Shown here in pieces: positions 7,606 through 16,133 of a stretch of DNA of 64,000 nucleotides. Position numbers and translations under genes: made by a program. The notes below the pieces were generated by a model. The model searched no databases. It was not told the origin of the DNA and saw only the letters and a list, made by a program, of their open reading frames with translations. The stretch covers positions 3,868 through 67,867 of the forward strand of contig JALOQC010000017.1 in assembly GCA_025453555.1 (NCBI GenBank). The letters run 5' to 3'. This DNA comes from Myxococcota bacterium. GTDB taxonomy: Bacteria > Myxococcota_A > Polyangia > Polyangiales > Houyiibacteriaceae. Within the stretch, counting starts at the first letter, position 1; every line of letters begins with the position of its first letter.

Positions 7606-8469
7606 TCAAACCGGGTTCTTGCCGTCCGCCGTGAGCAATACTTGGTACAGCTCCGGGCGGCGGTCGCGGAAGAAACCCCAGTTCGCGCGTTCGATCGCGA
7701 GCGCGTCGAGGTCGAAGACCGCGTGGGCGAAGCCTTCGTCGGTGCGGCCGAGCTCGGACACTTTGTCGCCGCGCGGGTCGGCCACGAAGGAGGAGCCGTA
7801 GAAGCTCATCGCGGCCTCGGTGCCGACGCGGTTCGCGGCCGCCACCGGCATCGCGTTGCTCACCGCGTGCCCGATCATCGCGCGCTGCCAGGGATCTTTG
7901 GTGTCCATCTCGGGCGCGTGGGGCTCGGTGCCGATCGCGGTCGGGTAGAGCAGGAGCTCCGCACCCTGCAGCGCCATCGCGCGTGCACACTCGGGGTACC
8001 ACTGGTCCCAGCAGATGCCGACGCCGATCGCGCCGAAGCGCGTCTTCCACACGCGAAAGCCGGTGTCGCCGGGGCGGAAGTAGAACTTCTCTTCGTAGCC
8101 GGGGCCGTCCGGGATGTGGCTCTTGCGGTAGAGGCCGAGCAGCGCGCCGTCCGCGTCGACCATCGCGAGGCTGTTGTAGTAGGCGTGGCCCGCGCGCTCG
8201 AAGAAGCTCACCGGGATCACGACCCCGAGCTCCTTCGCGAGCGCCTGGATCGTGGCGATCGTCGGGTGCCCTTCGAGCGGATGCGCGGTCGCGAAGAAGC
8301 GTTCTTCTTCGGTCTGACAGAAGTAGGGGCCCTCGAAGAGCTCGGACGGCAGGATCACGTTCGCGCCCGCGGCGGCGGCTTCGCGGACGAGCTCCACGAC
8401 GCGCGCGACGTTGGTCTCGCGATCGGCTCCGAGGGCGCATTGCAGGACGGCGACGTGCACGGAACGCAT
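7606..8469 (-). CDS. aguB: N-carbamoylputrescine amidase-like carbon-nitrogen hydrolase
   Basis: VAVLQCALG...NVILPSELFEGPYFCQ...GLYRKSHIPDGPGYEEKFYFRPGDTGFRVW...GVGICWDQWYPECAR...LLYPTAIGTEP gives the nitrilase-superfamily E-K-C triad context typical of AguB. The start was taken at MRSVHVAV (8469), because the longer ORF to 8580 adds an Arg-rich non-protein-like extension. Confidence 0.85.
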   Translation of the reverse strand: MRSVHVAVLQCALGADRETNVARVVELVREAAAAGANVILPSELFEGPYFCQTEEERFFATAHPLEGHPTIATIQALAKELGVVIPVSFFERAGHAYYNSLAMVDADGALLGLYRKSHIPDGPGYEEKFYFRPGDTGFRVWKTRFGAIGVGICWDQWYPECARAMALQGAELLLYPTAIGTEPHAPEMDTKDPWQRAMIGHAVSNAMPVAAANRVGTEAAMSFYGSSFVADPRGDKVSELGRTDEGFAHAVFDLDALAIERANWGFFRDRRPELYQVLLTADGKNPV

Positions 8470-8750
8470 GGCACGGGGTTTCGCACGTGTGAGCCGCGGG
8501 GCCAAGCGGCGCGAGGCGCGGGTCCGATGGGGTCGAACACGGCGACTGCGCGTCGGGATCGCGCGATTCGACCGGGTCACTCGTGCGAGGCGACGCTCGC
8601 GCCGTCCTACTCCGCGATGGCGCGCGTCGGAAACGTTTCACTCGCACGGTCGACGCCTATGCCCCGTAGGAGGCTCCGCTACGTCACCTTCGCGTGAGCT
8701 TCTCGACACGGGGCTCGGGCGATCCGTCGAACGCTGGTAGGTTTCGCACC

Positions 8751-9299
8751 ATGACGCGTTGGGTCGCAGGGGTCGTTTTGCTGGTGGCGTGTGGGGGTGG
8801 TGGAAGCGGTGGTGGCGCGAGCACCGTGCCCGCGCGATGGCACTCCGACTTTCAGCATCTGAGCGCAGGTTGGCTCGGGTGTCCGGCGGAAGAGGTCGTG
8901 GTCGAAGAAGCGCAGCGCGCGAGCTGGGCATCCAGCTGGCGAGCGACGTGTGGCGACCTCGTGATGATCTGCAGCAGCGGGTATCAGAACAGCACCCATT
9001 GCGCGCCCCTCCACGCCTCCACCCCGGAGCCCACCCGCACCGAGAGCCCGCTCGTCATCCGCGATCTGCCGCCCGAGGTCGCCGAGTGCATCGAGCGTCC
9101 GGTCGCGGTCGAGGTCCTCTTCGGCGGTGACGGGCGCCTCTCCGAGCTGCGTCCGTGGCCCGGCGAGACCCCAGAGCAGCGCCGTTGTGTGGAGCGCGTG
9201 CTGGTCGAGATCGACGCCCCGACTGGCACCGGCGGCCCGGTGCTCGTGCGCTTCGAGCCGCGCGATCCGTGGCAAGGCACCTCGGGCGGCGAGCGCTGA
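8751..9299 (+). CDS. Hypothetical lipoprotein
   Basis: MTRWVAGVVLLVACGGGGSGGG is a lipobox signal peptide (LVAC). The start was chosen at the internal Met of ORF 8694-9299. Confidence 0.6.
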   Translation: MTRWVAGVVLLVACGGGGSGGGASTVPARWHSDFQHLSAGWLGCPAEEVVVEEAQRASWASSWRATCGDLVMICSSGYQNSTHCAPLHASTPEPTRTESPLVIRDLPPEVAECIERPVAVEVLFGGDGRLSELRPWPGETPEQRRCVERVLVEIDAPTGTGGPVLVRFEPRDPWQGTSGGER

Positions 9300-9368
9300 G
9301 CCCTCGCACGCTCCCGTCGCCGTGCGTCGCGACGATCGGGTGCTTCGCGAGCGTCGAAGATCGAGCGT

Positions 9369-9459
9369 GACGATCGAGCGCGACGATCGAGCGCTACGAT
9401 CGAGCGCGACGATCGAGCGCGACGATCGAGCACGACGATCGAGCACGACGATCGAGCGC
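9369..9459. repeat. 13-nt intergenic tandem repeat, 7 copies (GACGATCGAGCGC)
   Basis: Read directly: GACGATCGAGCGC x7 with three single-base variants (TAC..., ...CAC x2). It lies between the lipoprotein gene and the YhfC-like gene. Confidence 0.95.
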
Positions 9460-9555
9460 CGCCGCTCGAAGGCGTGTGAATGACGAGTCCGACTCGCCCT
9501 CGCGCTTGGTCACGAAGGCTGACCTCGTCGCACGATCCGCGGCATCCTCGCGCCC

Positions 9556-10443
9556 ATGAGCGACGAGACCACCGTCCTCGCGACGTCGATCGCGCAGATC
9601 GCGCTGATGACGCTGCTGCCGATCGGCGCCGCGATCGTCGTCGCGCGCCGCGGTCCCCCGCGCTGGATGCTCGCGATCGGCGCCGCGACCTTCCTCGGAT
9701 CGCAGCTCGTGCACCTACCGCTCAACCACGGGCTCACCGTGCTCGGCGCGGAGGCCGGTCTGAACGAGGCGCTCCAGCCTGCGTCGGCGCTGATCGTCAA
9801 CGCGCTCGTGCTCGGCTTCACGGCCGCGTTCTGCGAAGAAGGCGCGCGCTTCTTCGTGTTTCGCGCGGTCTTCGCGCGGCGACCGGAGTGGCGCACGCGC
9901 GCGGCGGCGCTGACCCACGGCGTCGGTCACGGCGGCGTCGAAGCGATCGCGCTCGCCGCGTTGGTGGCCGTCACGCTGATCGGCATGCTCTCGATGCGCG
10001 GGGTCGACGTCGCGCAGCTCCCGATCCCCCCCGACCAACGCGCGCTCGCGGCAAGGCAGATCGAGTCCTTCTGGGCGATGCCGGCGTGGATGCCCTTCAT
10101 GGCGGTGCTCGAGCGCGCGCTGACGATGATCCTGCAGATCGCGCTCTCGATCGCGGTCGCGTACGGAGTCGCCACGCGGCGCTTCCGCCCGGTGTGGCTC
10201 GCGTTCCTCACGCATTGGGCGGTCGACGCCTTCGCGGTGCTGGGTATCGGCGGCATCCCTCTGATCGTGGGCGATCCGGAGACGCAGCTCGGCGTGCTGA
10301 TCGTCGAAGGTGCGCTCGTCGTGGTCGCGGCGGCGTCGCTCGAGGTGGTGCGTCGCTCGCGTGGGTGGCGTTGGGAGCCTGACGAGCCGACGTCGGCCCC
10401 GATGCCGGGCGCGGCCGCCGACGAGGGTTCGCCACGAAGCTGA
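9556..10443 (+). CDS. YhfC-family intramembrane metalloprotease-like membrane protein
   Basis: Multi-pass hydrophobic protein with FCEEGARFFVF (EExxR) and HGVGHGGVEA motifs characteristic of the YhfC family. Confidence 0.7.
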   Translation: MSDETTVLATSIAQIALMTLLPIGAAIVVARRGPPRWMLAIGAATFLGSQLVHLPLNHGLTVLGAEAGLNEALQPASALIVNALVLGFTAAFCEEGARFFVFRAVFARRPEWRTRAAALTHGVGHGGVEAIALAALVAVTLIGMLSMRGVDVAQLPIPPDQRALAARQIESFWAMPAWMPFMAVLERALTMILQIALSIAVAYGVATRRFRPVWLAFLTHWAVDAFAVLGIGGIPLIVGDPETQLGVLIVEGALVVVAAASLEVVRRSRGWRWEPDEPTSAPMPGAAADEGSPRS

Positions 10444-10477
10444 CGCGCATCTCGGCGAACGAGCGCCCTCCTCGCGG

Positions 10478-10649
10478 CCGCGTGGGAAGCCTCGGCGCTC
10501 CTGCGTGGGAACCCTGCTGCGTGGGAAGCCTCGCCGCGGCAGGTCGGAAAGCCTTCGCGATTCAGGTCGGAAAGCTCCGCGATTCAGCGCAGGAAGCCTC
10601 CGTGATTCGGCGCAGGAAGCCTCCGTGATTCAGCGCAGGAAGCCGGTGT
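10478..10649. repeat. Degenerate 22-23-nt tandem array derived from the 3' terminus (last codons plus stop) of the cysQ-like gene
   Basis: GATTCAGCGCAGGAAGCCTCCGT occurs at 10581 and GATTCGGCGCAGGAAGCCTCCGT at 10604. GATTCAGCGCAGGAAGCCGGTGT at 10627 contains the real stop (TCA at 10630-10632) and the codons for ...FLR. More diverged units (CAGGTCGGAAAGC..., GCGTGGGAAGCCTCG...) extend back to about 10478. Confidence 0.85.
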
Positions 10650-11466
10650 CGCGCGCGACTTCCTTCACCACCGCGAGCACGGCCTCGTAGCTCGCGGCGT
10701 TGCACGCGAGGATGCCTCCGTCGGTCCGCAGGTCGGCTCCGCCGTACGCGTAGCGCTCGCCGTCGGCGCGTACGAACACGCCGCCCGCTGCGCGCAGGAT
10801 CGCCTCCGGGGCGCAGGCATCCCAATGCGACGACTTGTCGGAGAGGTGGATGTACAGATCGGCTTCTCGCTCGGCGATCAAACCGACTTTCAGCCCGACG
10901 CTGCCGCTCGGTCGTTCGCTGGTCAGCCCGAGGGTCTTGGCGATGCGGTCGATCTCGGCGGGGCGGTGCGAGCGCGAGACCACGAGGCGAAGGCGGCTCG
11001 GATCGACCTCGTCGGAGACACGCAGCGCGCGGCGCTCGCCGTCGTGCTCGAGGAACGCGCCGACGCCTTCCGCGCCCGCGTAGAGCTTACCGGTCGCGGG
11101 CTGGAAGACCACGCCGAGGACGGCGTGGCGATCGATCGCGAGGCCGATCATCACCGCGAACTCGCCGTTCTTCGCGATGAACTCCTTGGTGCCGTCGAGG
11201 GGGTCGACGAACCACACGCGACCTTTCGTTGCGAGGCTCTTGTCCGCGCTCTCCTCGGCCACGATCGCGTCTCCGGGGAACTCACGCTCGAGCGCCGCGA
11301 CGATGTGCGCGTTGGCGAGGCGGTCCGCGTCGGTCACCGGATCGCGGGGCGACTTGTAGGCGACGGCGAAGTCCTTCGCGTAGATCTCGGAGAGGATCGC
11401 GCCGGCTTCGCGGGCGATGCGGATGACGGTGTCGAGCTCGGCGGTCATGCGCGCGGACCATGACAC
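10630..11466 (-). CDS. cysQ: 3'(2'),5'-bisphosphate nucleotidase / inositol monophosphatase family protein
   Basis: Motifs AIVAEES, WFVDPLDGTKEF and SSHWDACAPEAILRAAGG are typical of the CysQ/IMPase family. An alternative start lies at 11448 (MTAELD). Confidence 0.8.
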   Translation of the reverse strand: MSWSARMTAELDTVIRIAREAGAILSEIYAKDFAVAYKSPRDPVTDADRLANAHIVAALEREFPGDAIVAEESADKSLATKGRVWFVDPLDGTKEFIAKNGEFAVMIGLAIDRHAVLGVVFQPATGKLYAGAEGVGAFLEHDGERRALRVSDEVDPSRLRLVVSRSHRPAEIDRIAKTLGLTSERPSGSVGLKVGLIAEREADLYIHLSDKSSHWDACAPEAILRAAGGVFVRADGERYAYGGADLRTDGGILACNAASYEAVLAVVKEVARDTGFLR

Positions 11467-11561
11467 GCGACCGAGCCCCGCGCCTCACCGCGAACGTGTC
11501 GCGGCGAAGCTCGGGGCTCGAAAGGTCGAGGCCGCGGGAATGCGCGTCGCGTTCGGAACGC

Positions 11562-12296
11562 TCAGGGCGCGAAGGTCCGCACGACCACGCCGTCGCCCGA
11601 GTCGTCGCAGGTGCTCCCGGGGGACAACGCGAGGCAGTCGCAGGTCGGCGGGCCGTCGCAGGTGTTCAGATCCGAGTTGCACGCGAAGCTCTCGAAGCCG
11701 GGCTCGGCACCTCCCACGAGGACGTCGCAGTACTCGGTGTCCTGACGGCAGCGCAGGCCTTCGTCGCCGCAGTCGAAGCAGGGCGCGGGGAAGACCTCGA
11801 GCCGCGTCCACTCGCCGCCCTCGCAGCGGAAGAGGTTGCAGAAGGAGCACTCGTCGGTGCACGGACCGCCGCACGACTGCCCTTCGGTCGCGCACGCCTC
11901 GCCCTCGGTGATGGAGCTCGGACACGCGCCCGCGTCGGACACGAAGCCGGAGTCGCGCAGGCCGGCGTCGGAGCGATCGCACGTCCGATCGACGCGACGG
12001 CAGAGGTCGTCCGGGAGATCGTCGCGGTCGAGCATGCGGTCGGAGCAGATCGCGGCGCCTTCGAGGTCGAGGCGGAAGGGGAGCTCGGTCGGACAACGGA
12101 AGCCGCCCTCGATCACGATCGCCTGCGCGTAGGCGCAGACGCGAGCGCCCGCGACCTCGTCGTAGTGACCGTCCGGGCCGCAGAGGCTCGGAGTCGAGGA
12201 CTCGGAGCAGCCGGGCAGGGCGACGACGGACAGGGCTACCGGGGCGACGGTCGTGAAGAGAAGCCTGACGAGCGGGCGAAGCATCGGGCGAAGCAT
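11562..12296 (-). CDS. Cysteine-rich hypothetical lipoprotein
   Basis: The internal start gives MLRPMLRPLVRLLFTTVAPVALSVVALPGCSES (lipobox LPGC). The mature part is Cys-rich. Confidence 0.6.
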   Translation of the reverse strand: MLRPMLRPLVRLLFTTVAPVALSVVALPGCSESSTPSLCGPDGHYDEVAGARVCAYAQAIVIEGGFRCPTELPFRLDLEGAAICSDRMLDRDDLPDDLCRRVDRTCDRSDAGLRDSGFVSDAGACPSSITEGEACATEGQSCGGPCTDECSFCNLFRCEGGEWTRLEVFPAPCFDCGDEGLRCRQDTEYCDVLVGGAEPGFESFACNSDLNTCDGPPTCDCLALSPGSTCDDSGDGVVVRTFAP

Positions 12297-12424
12297 GGTT
12301 TCCAACCTCCGCTCCGAGGATTCTCCGTCGCTCGTCGTCGCGCCACGATCGGGCGCGCCAAAGCGTGGCAACGGTTTGCCACACGGTGCGCCGCCCGAGC
12401 CCACCTGCGGAGTACCCTCGCGCG

Positions 12425-13267
12425 ATGAAGGCCGCGCCCAAGGTCTCGCCCATCGACGTTCGGCTGCAGGTCGTCGCGCTCGCGCTCGAGCCCGGGCTCG
12501 CGCTCGCGCGCCTCGCGTCGTTGCCGCTCGACGACCTCCAGCGCCTCGTCGCCGCGGGCTACTTCCGCGACGCGCGCGCCCGCGGCTGGTCGTTCCGCGC
12601 GATCGCCAAACGCTTCGACAAGAGCCTTCGCACCGTCACGAACCTCTCGAACCTCTCGAACGAGCACGGGGTCCCGCTGGAGTCGAGCCAGCGGCTCGGG
12701 TGGCGTCGGCAGCTCGTGCACGCGGTGGCCGCGCGACCCGAGGGGCTCACCGAACGCGCGCTCTTCGCCACGGTGCCGGAGGCGAGCTCGGAGGCGCTGG
12801 CGGAGGAGCTCGCGGAGCTGATCGAAGAGGGCATCCTCGAACGCGAGGCGCGCGAAGACGACGCGCGGGTTGGCGAAGCGCGGGTTGGCGAAGCGCGGGT
12901 TGGTGAAGCGCGGGGTGGCGACGAGTCGCGCGTGCGTGTGGTCGCGCGGCACTTCGACCTCGTGCAGGACGAGCTCGGTCCGCGCCTCGAGTCGTTCCGA
13001 CACTTCCTGCGCGCGGTCGCGGCGGTCGCGTACCGACGTTTCTTCGTGCGCGACGACGAAGCGGAAGCGTTCGCGCGGGTGCTCAGCTTCTCCTCGAGCC
13101 GCGCGGAGCTCGTGGCGTTGCGCGAGCGCAGCTACGCGGTGCTGCGTGACGCGGCGTTCGCGGCCGACGCCGCGGCCGACGCCGACGCGGACGACACGCA
13201 CCAAGCGGTCGCGGTGTTCGCGGTGGCCGAGGAGCCGACCGACCCTGCGTGGCGCCCGCGCCGCTGA
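12425..13267 (+). CDS. Hypothetical protein with a possible HTH segment and an internal ARVGE x3 repeat
   Basis: ORF 12365-13267, start taken at MKAAPK. GWSFRAIAKRFDKSLRTVTNL looks like a helix-turn-helix. A 15-nt in-frame repeat (ARVGEARVGEARVGEARGG) lies at about 12863-12919. Confidence 0.5.
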   Translation: MKAAPKVSPIDVRLQVVALALEPGLALARLASLPLDDLQRLVAAGYFRDARARGWSFRAIAKRFDKSLRTVTNLSNLSNEHGVPLESSQRLGWRRQLVHAVAARPEGLTERALFATVPEASSEALAEELAELIEEGILEREAREDDARVGEARVGEARVGEARGGDESRVRVVARHFDLVQDELGPRLESFRHFLRAVAAVAYRRFFVRDDEAEAFARVLSFSSSRAELVALRERSYAVLRDAAFAADAAADADADDTHQAVAVFAVAEEPTDPAWRPRR

Positions 13268-13569
13268 CGACCCCACAGCAGCGGTCGACTTCGCACGCCG
13301 AGCACCGTCACGCCATGGGTGCCGTCGATGCGCTCGCATCCGGCGCCAAGCGTGTCACGAGCGACGACACGTGGGCGTGTGGACTTCGCGACGCACCGTC
13401 CAGGGCGGCGTGTCGTTCCGTGACCTCCCTGTGAGCTTCAGCGGCCGAACCGTTGCGCGTGTCGCGCGTGATGGGCGATTCGACGCCCAGTTGGAACGAG
13501 CCGCTCGGAGCCGATTCGATGGGCCCGGACGGACGTCGATGCAGGGCGCGTGGCGACGATCGACGCGAC

Positions 13570-13648
13570 GGGTGACTCGACGGGTGACTCGACGGGTGAC
13601 TCGACGGGTGACTCGACGGGTGACTCGACGGGTGACTCGACGGGTGAC
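13570..13648. repeat. 12-nt intergenic tandem repeat, 6.5 copies (GGGTGACTCGAC)
   Basis: Read directly: units start at 13570, 13582, 13594, 13606, 13618 and 13630, with a partial unit at 13642. Confidence 0.95.
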
Positions 13649-13904
13649 GTACCGTCGTCGGTTGCTCACAAGTGTGATTGAGCACCACCGACGCGCCACT
13701 TGAGGTCATCGAACACCATACTAAGTTGGGGACGTCCGCTGCAGAAACGACTTCTGGCGGAACGCCGAGCCTCCGTCGCGGCGGAGCCGACGGACGTCGG
13801 GATGCGCGTCGCGAAGCTTGCACCCCGAGGTCGCTCGCTCCTCGTCCTGCCGTGGAAGACCGGAGAGGTGGCGGAGCACGACCGCGACATCGGAAGGATA
13901 CGTG

Positions 13905-15047
13905 ATGAAGAACGCGATGGTTTCCGCCTTCGTGGGTGTGCTGATCGTCTCCGGATGCACGAACGATGAATGTCAGATCCTCCCCGAGAGGTTCGAGGCT
14001 TCGACGACACTTTCGGGTTGCTACGAGGCGCCCGTCAGCCCGGTGATCGTCGACGGGGTCACGATCACGATGGAACCGGGGACCACGATCACGTTTGCCC
14101 GGGACACGGGGCTCTGGTTCTCGGGGGATGCAACTTTGATCGCCGTCGGAACGGCGGAGGATCCCATCCTGTTGACTGGCGCGGAAGAACGGCGTGGCTT
14201 CTGGGCTGGTGTCCGCTTCGACTCCGCCGACGGCGCCAATCGAATGGACTACGTGACGGTCGAGTACGCCGGGAGCACCACGGCCGCCAGCGATCCGGAT
14301 GCGGCCGCGATCAAGATGACCTCCGACTCCCGGTCCGTCGTGCTCAGCCTCTCGCACTGCACGTTGCGGGAGAGCGGAGGGTGGGGCTTGTGGGCGGAGG
14401 GTGGAACCACGCTGCCGACCTTCGCCGACAACACCCTCACGACGAGCACGCTCGGCGCCGCGAGCCTCGACTCCACCCTGGTTCACCAACTGGACGCCGC
14501 CACGTCGTACTCGGGCAACACCGTCGATCACGTCGTGGTGCGGGCCAGCTACGTCCACGAGAACGTGACGTGGGGGGCGTTGGACGTGCCGTATCGTGTG
14601 GAGGGCGCGTTGGAGATCTCGGCGGTCTGGACCCTGTCGCCAGGGACCACGATCGTCATGGGCGAGGCAGCGCAGATCACGATCTCCGACGACGTCGCTG
14701 CGATGAACGCGGTCGGCACGGCGGCGAGCCCCATCGTCATCACGGGAGCGCGCGCGAGCGCGGGCGCGTGGGACGCGATCGTCTTCGACAACACCAACAA
14801 CTCGTCGAACGTGCTCGAGCACGTGATGCTTGAGAACGGCGGTGGTGGAGACGAACAATACGATCTGGCGATGATCGTTGCGGTCTCCGACAGCCACGGA
14901 GTGACCGTCGATGTCTCCGACTGCACCCTGCGTGGCAGCGCGAAGTACGCGATTCATCTGGACGTCTACGCGGACTACAACGATGACATCGAGTCCTCCA
15001 ACACCTTCGCCGACAACGCGTCGGGGAACGTCCGCTACGTCGAGTGA
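13905..15047 (+). CDS. Secreted lipoprotein with two tandem beta-helix-like repeat domains (hypothetical)
   Basis: MKNAMVSAFVGVLIVSGCTNDE is a lipobox. There is an internal duplication: ...VTITMEPGTTITFARDTGLWFSGDATLIAVGTAEDPILLTG... versus ...WTLSPGTTIVMGEAAQITISDDVAAMNAVGTAASPIVITG... Confidence 0.65.
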   Translation: MKNAMVSAFVGVLIVSGCTNDECQILPERFEASTTLSGCYEAPVSPVIVDGVTITMEPGTTITFARDTGLWFSGDATLIAVGTAEDPILLTGAEERRGFWAGVRFDSADGANRMDYVTVEYAGSTTAASDPDAAAIKMTSDSRSVVLSLSHCTLRESGGWGLWAEGGTTLPTFADNTLTTSTLGAASLDSTLVHQLDAATSYSGNTVDHVVVRASYVHENVTWGALDVPYRVEGALEISAVWTLSPGTTIVMGEAAQITISDDVAAMNAVGTAASPIVITGARASAGAWDAIVFDNTNNSSNVLEHVMLENGGGGDEQYDLAMIVAVSDSHGVTVDVSDCTLRGSAKYAIHLDVYADYNDDIESSNTFADNASGNVRYVE

Positions 15048-15059
15048 GTCGATTCGACA

Positions 15060-15091
15060 GCGCGAAGGCGGCGGGACCGCTGCCTTCGCGC
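15060..15091. terminator. Hairpin between convergent genes (candidate bidirectional terminator)
   Basis: GCGCGAAGGC (15060-15069) pairs with GCCTTCGCGC (15082-15091), giving a 10-bp perfect stem and a 12-nt loop. It sits 13 nt after the + gene stop and 3 nt before the - gene stop. No U-tract. Confidence 0.5.
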
Positions 15092-15093
15092 GC

Positions 15094-16041
15094 TCACTCC
15101 ACGATCACGGTCCCCGTCTGCTCCACGTTCGCGTTGCGACCGAGACGCAGCGCGGGGTGGCCTTCGAGACGTCCGCCTTCGAGCCGTAGATTCGCGTTGA
15201 GCCCCGCCCGCACCGCCGCTCCCGCGCGCGAGGCCACCACCGAGTCGCGGAGCCGCAGCTCGAGGTTCAGTTCACCCACGATCACGTCGCGATCGGACTC
15301 CAGCGTGACCGGCCCTTCGAGGCGCACTTTCGTGTTCAGGCCGCCTTCGATCACCGAGGCGCCGGCGGCGAGCTTCGAGTCGCCGCGCACCTCGACCTGG
15401 AGGTTGGTGCCCCCGTCGATCACCCGCGAGCGGGCGCGCACCCGCACGTCGCGCATCACGACCACGGTGTTGGCGTTGCCTTCGACGATCACGTCCCCGT
15501 CGAGCGTGGAGCGTTCGATCTCCACTCGTGTGTTGATCCCCGCGCGCACGATCGTCTCGCCGCGCAGCCGAACGTCGCGCAGCACGAGGCGACAGTTCGG
15601 CCCCGCCGCGTCGATCGCGATCGTCGGCGTCGTGGCGCCGTCCGGCATCTGCAGCCCCTCGATCTCGAGCGTCTCGTTCGGTCCGCAGGTCAGCGTCTCG
15701 GTGCCGTCCCAGCGCGCCGCCTTTCCGAAGAAGGGCAGCGCGATCGTGCCCGTCGCGAAGAGCGGCACGAGCGAGAGCACGAACGGAAAGACGATCCCGA
15801 TCACGACCGCGCACGACACCGGATGCGACGTCGCCTTCTTGCGGTCGTACGCCAGCGGCGGCAGCCCGGTTTGCGGGGGTGGCGTCCACGTGGGGGGCGG
15901 CGTCCAGCCCGCCGGGGTCATCGCGGCGAGCGTCTGGGTCGATGCCACCTTCGACGTCGCCCCGCAGTACCCACAAGTCGCTCGTCGCGCGCCCGAAGCC
16001 ACGTCGAGCGGCGCACCACAACGGCTACAACGAATCAGCAC
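15094..16041 (-). CDS. Zinc-ribbon / single-TM / beta-helical-repeat membrane protein (hypothetical)
   Basis: N-terminal CSRCGAPLDV...CGYCGATS (4-Cys zinc ribbon), then a Pro-rich linker, then the TM segment VSCAVVIGIVFPFVLSLVPLF. The remainder is a regular repeat of V-x-V/L-x-G-type beta strands (VRAGINTRVEIERSTLDGDVIVEGNANTVVVMRDVRVRARSRVIDGGTNLQVEVRGDSKL...). Confidence 0.65.
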   Translation of the reverse strand: MLIRCSRCGAPLDVASGARRATCGYCGATSKVASTQTLAAMTPAGWTPPPTWTPPPQTGLPPLAYDRKKATSHPVSCAVVIGIVFPFVLSLVPLFATGTIALPFFGKAARWDGTETLTCGPNETLEIEGLQMPDGATTPTIAIDAAGPNCRLVLRDVRLRGETIVRAGINTRVEIERSTLDGDVIVEGNANTVVVMRDVRVRARSRVIDGGTNLQVEVRGDSKLAAGASVIEGGLNTKVRLEGPVTLESDRDVIVGELNLELRLRDSVVASRAGAAVRAGLNANLRLEGGRLEGHPALRLGRNANVEQTGTVIVE

Positions 16042-16133
16042 GCACGCACGTTACACCGGGACGGCGCGCGCGTCCGGACCTCGTGAGCGGGTCTTCCTTC
16101 GAGGCGCGATCTCCCGTTCGAGCCGCGAGGCGC

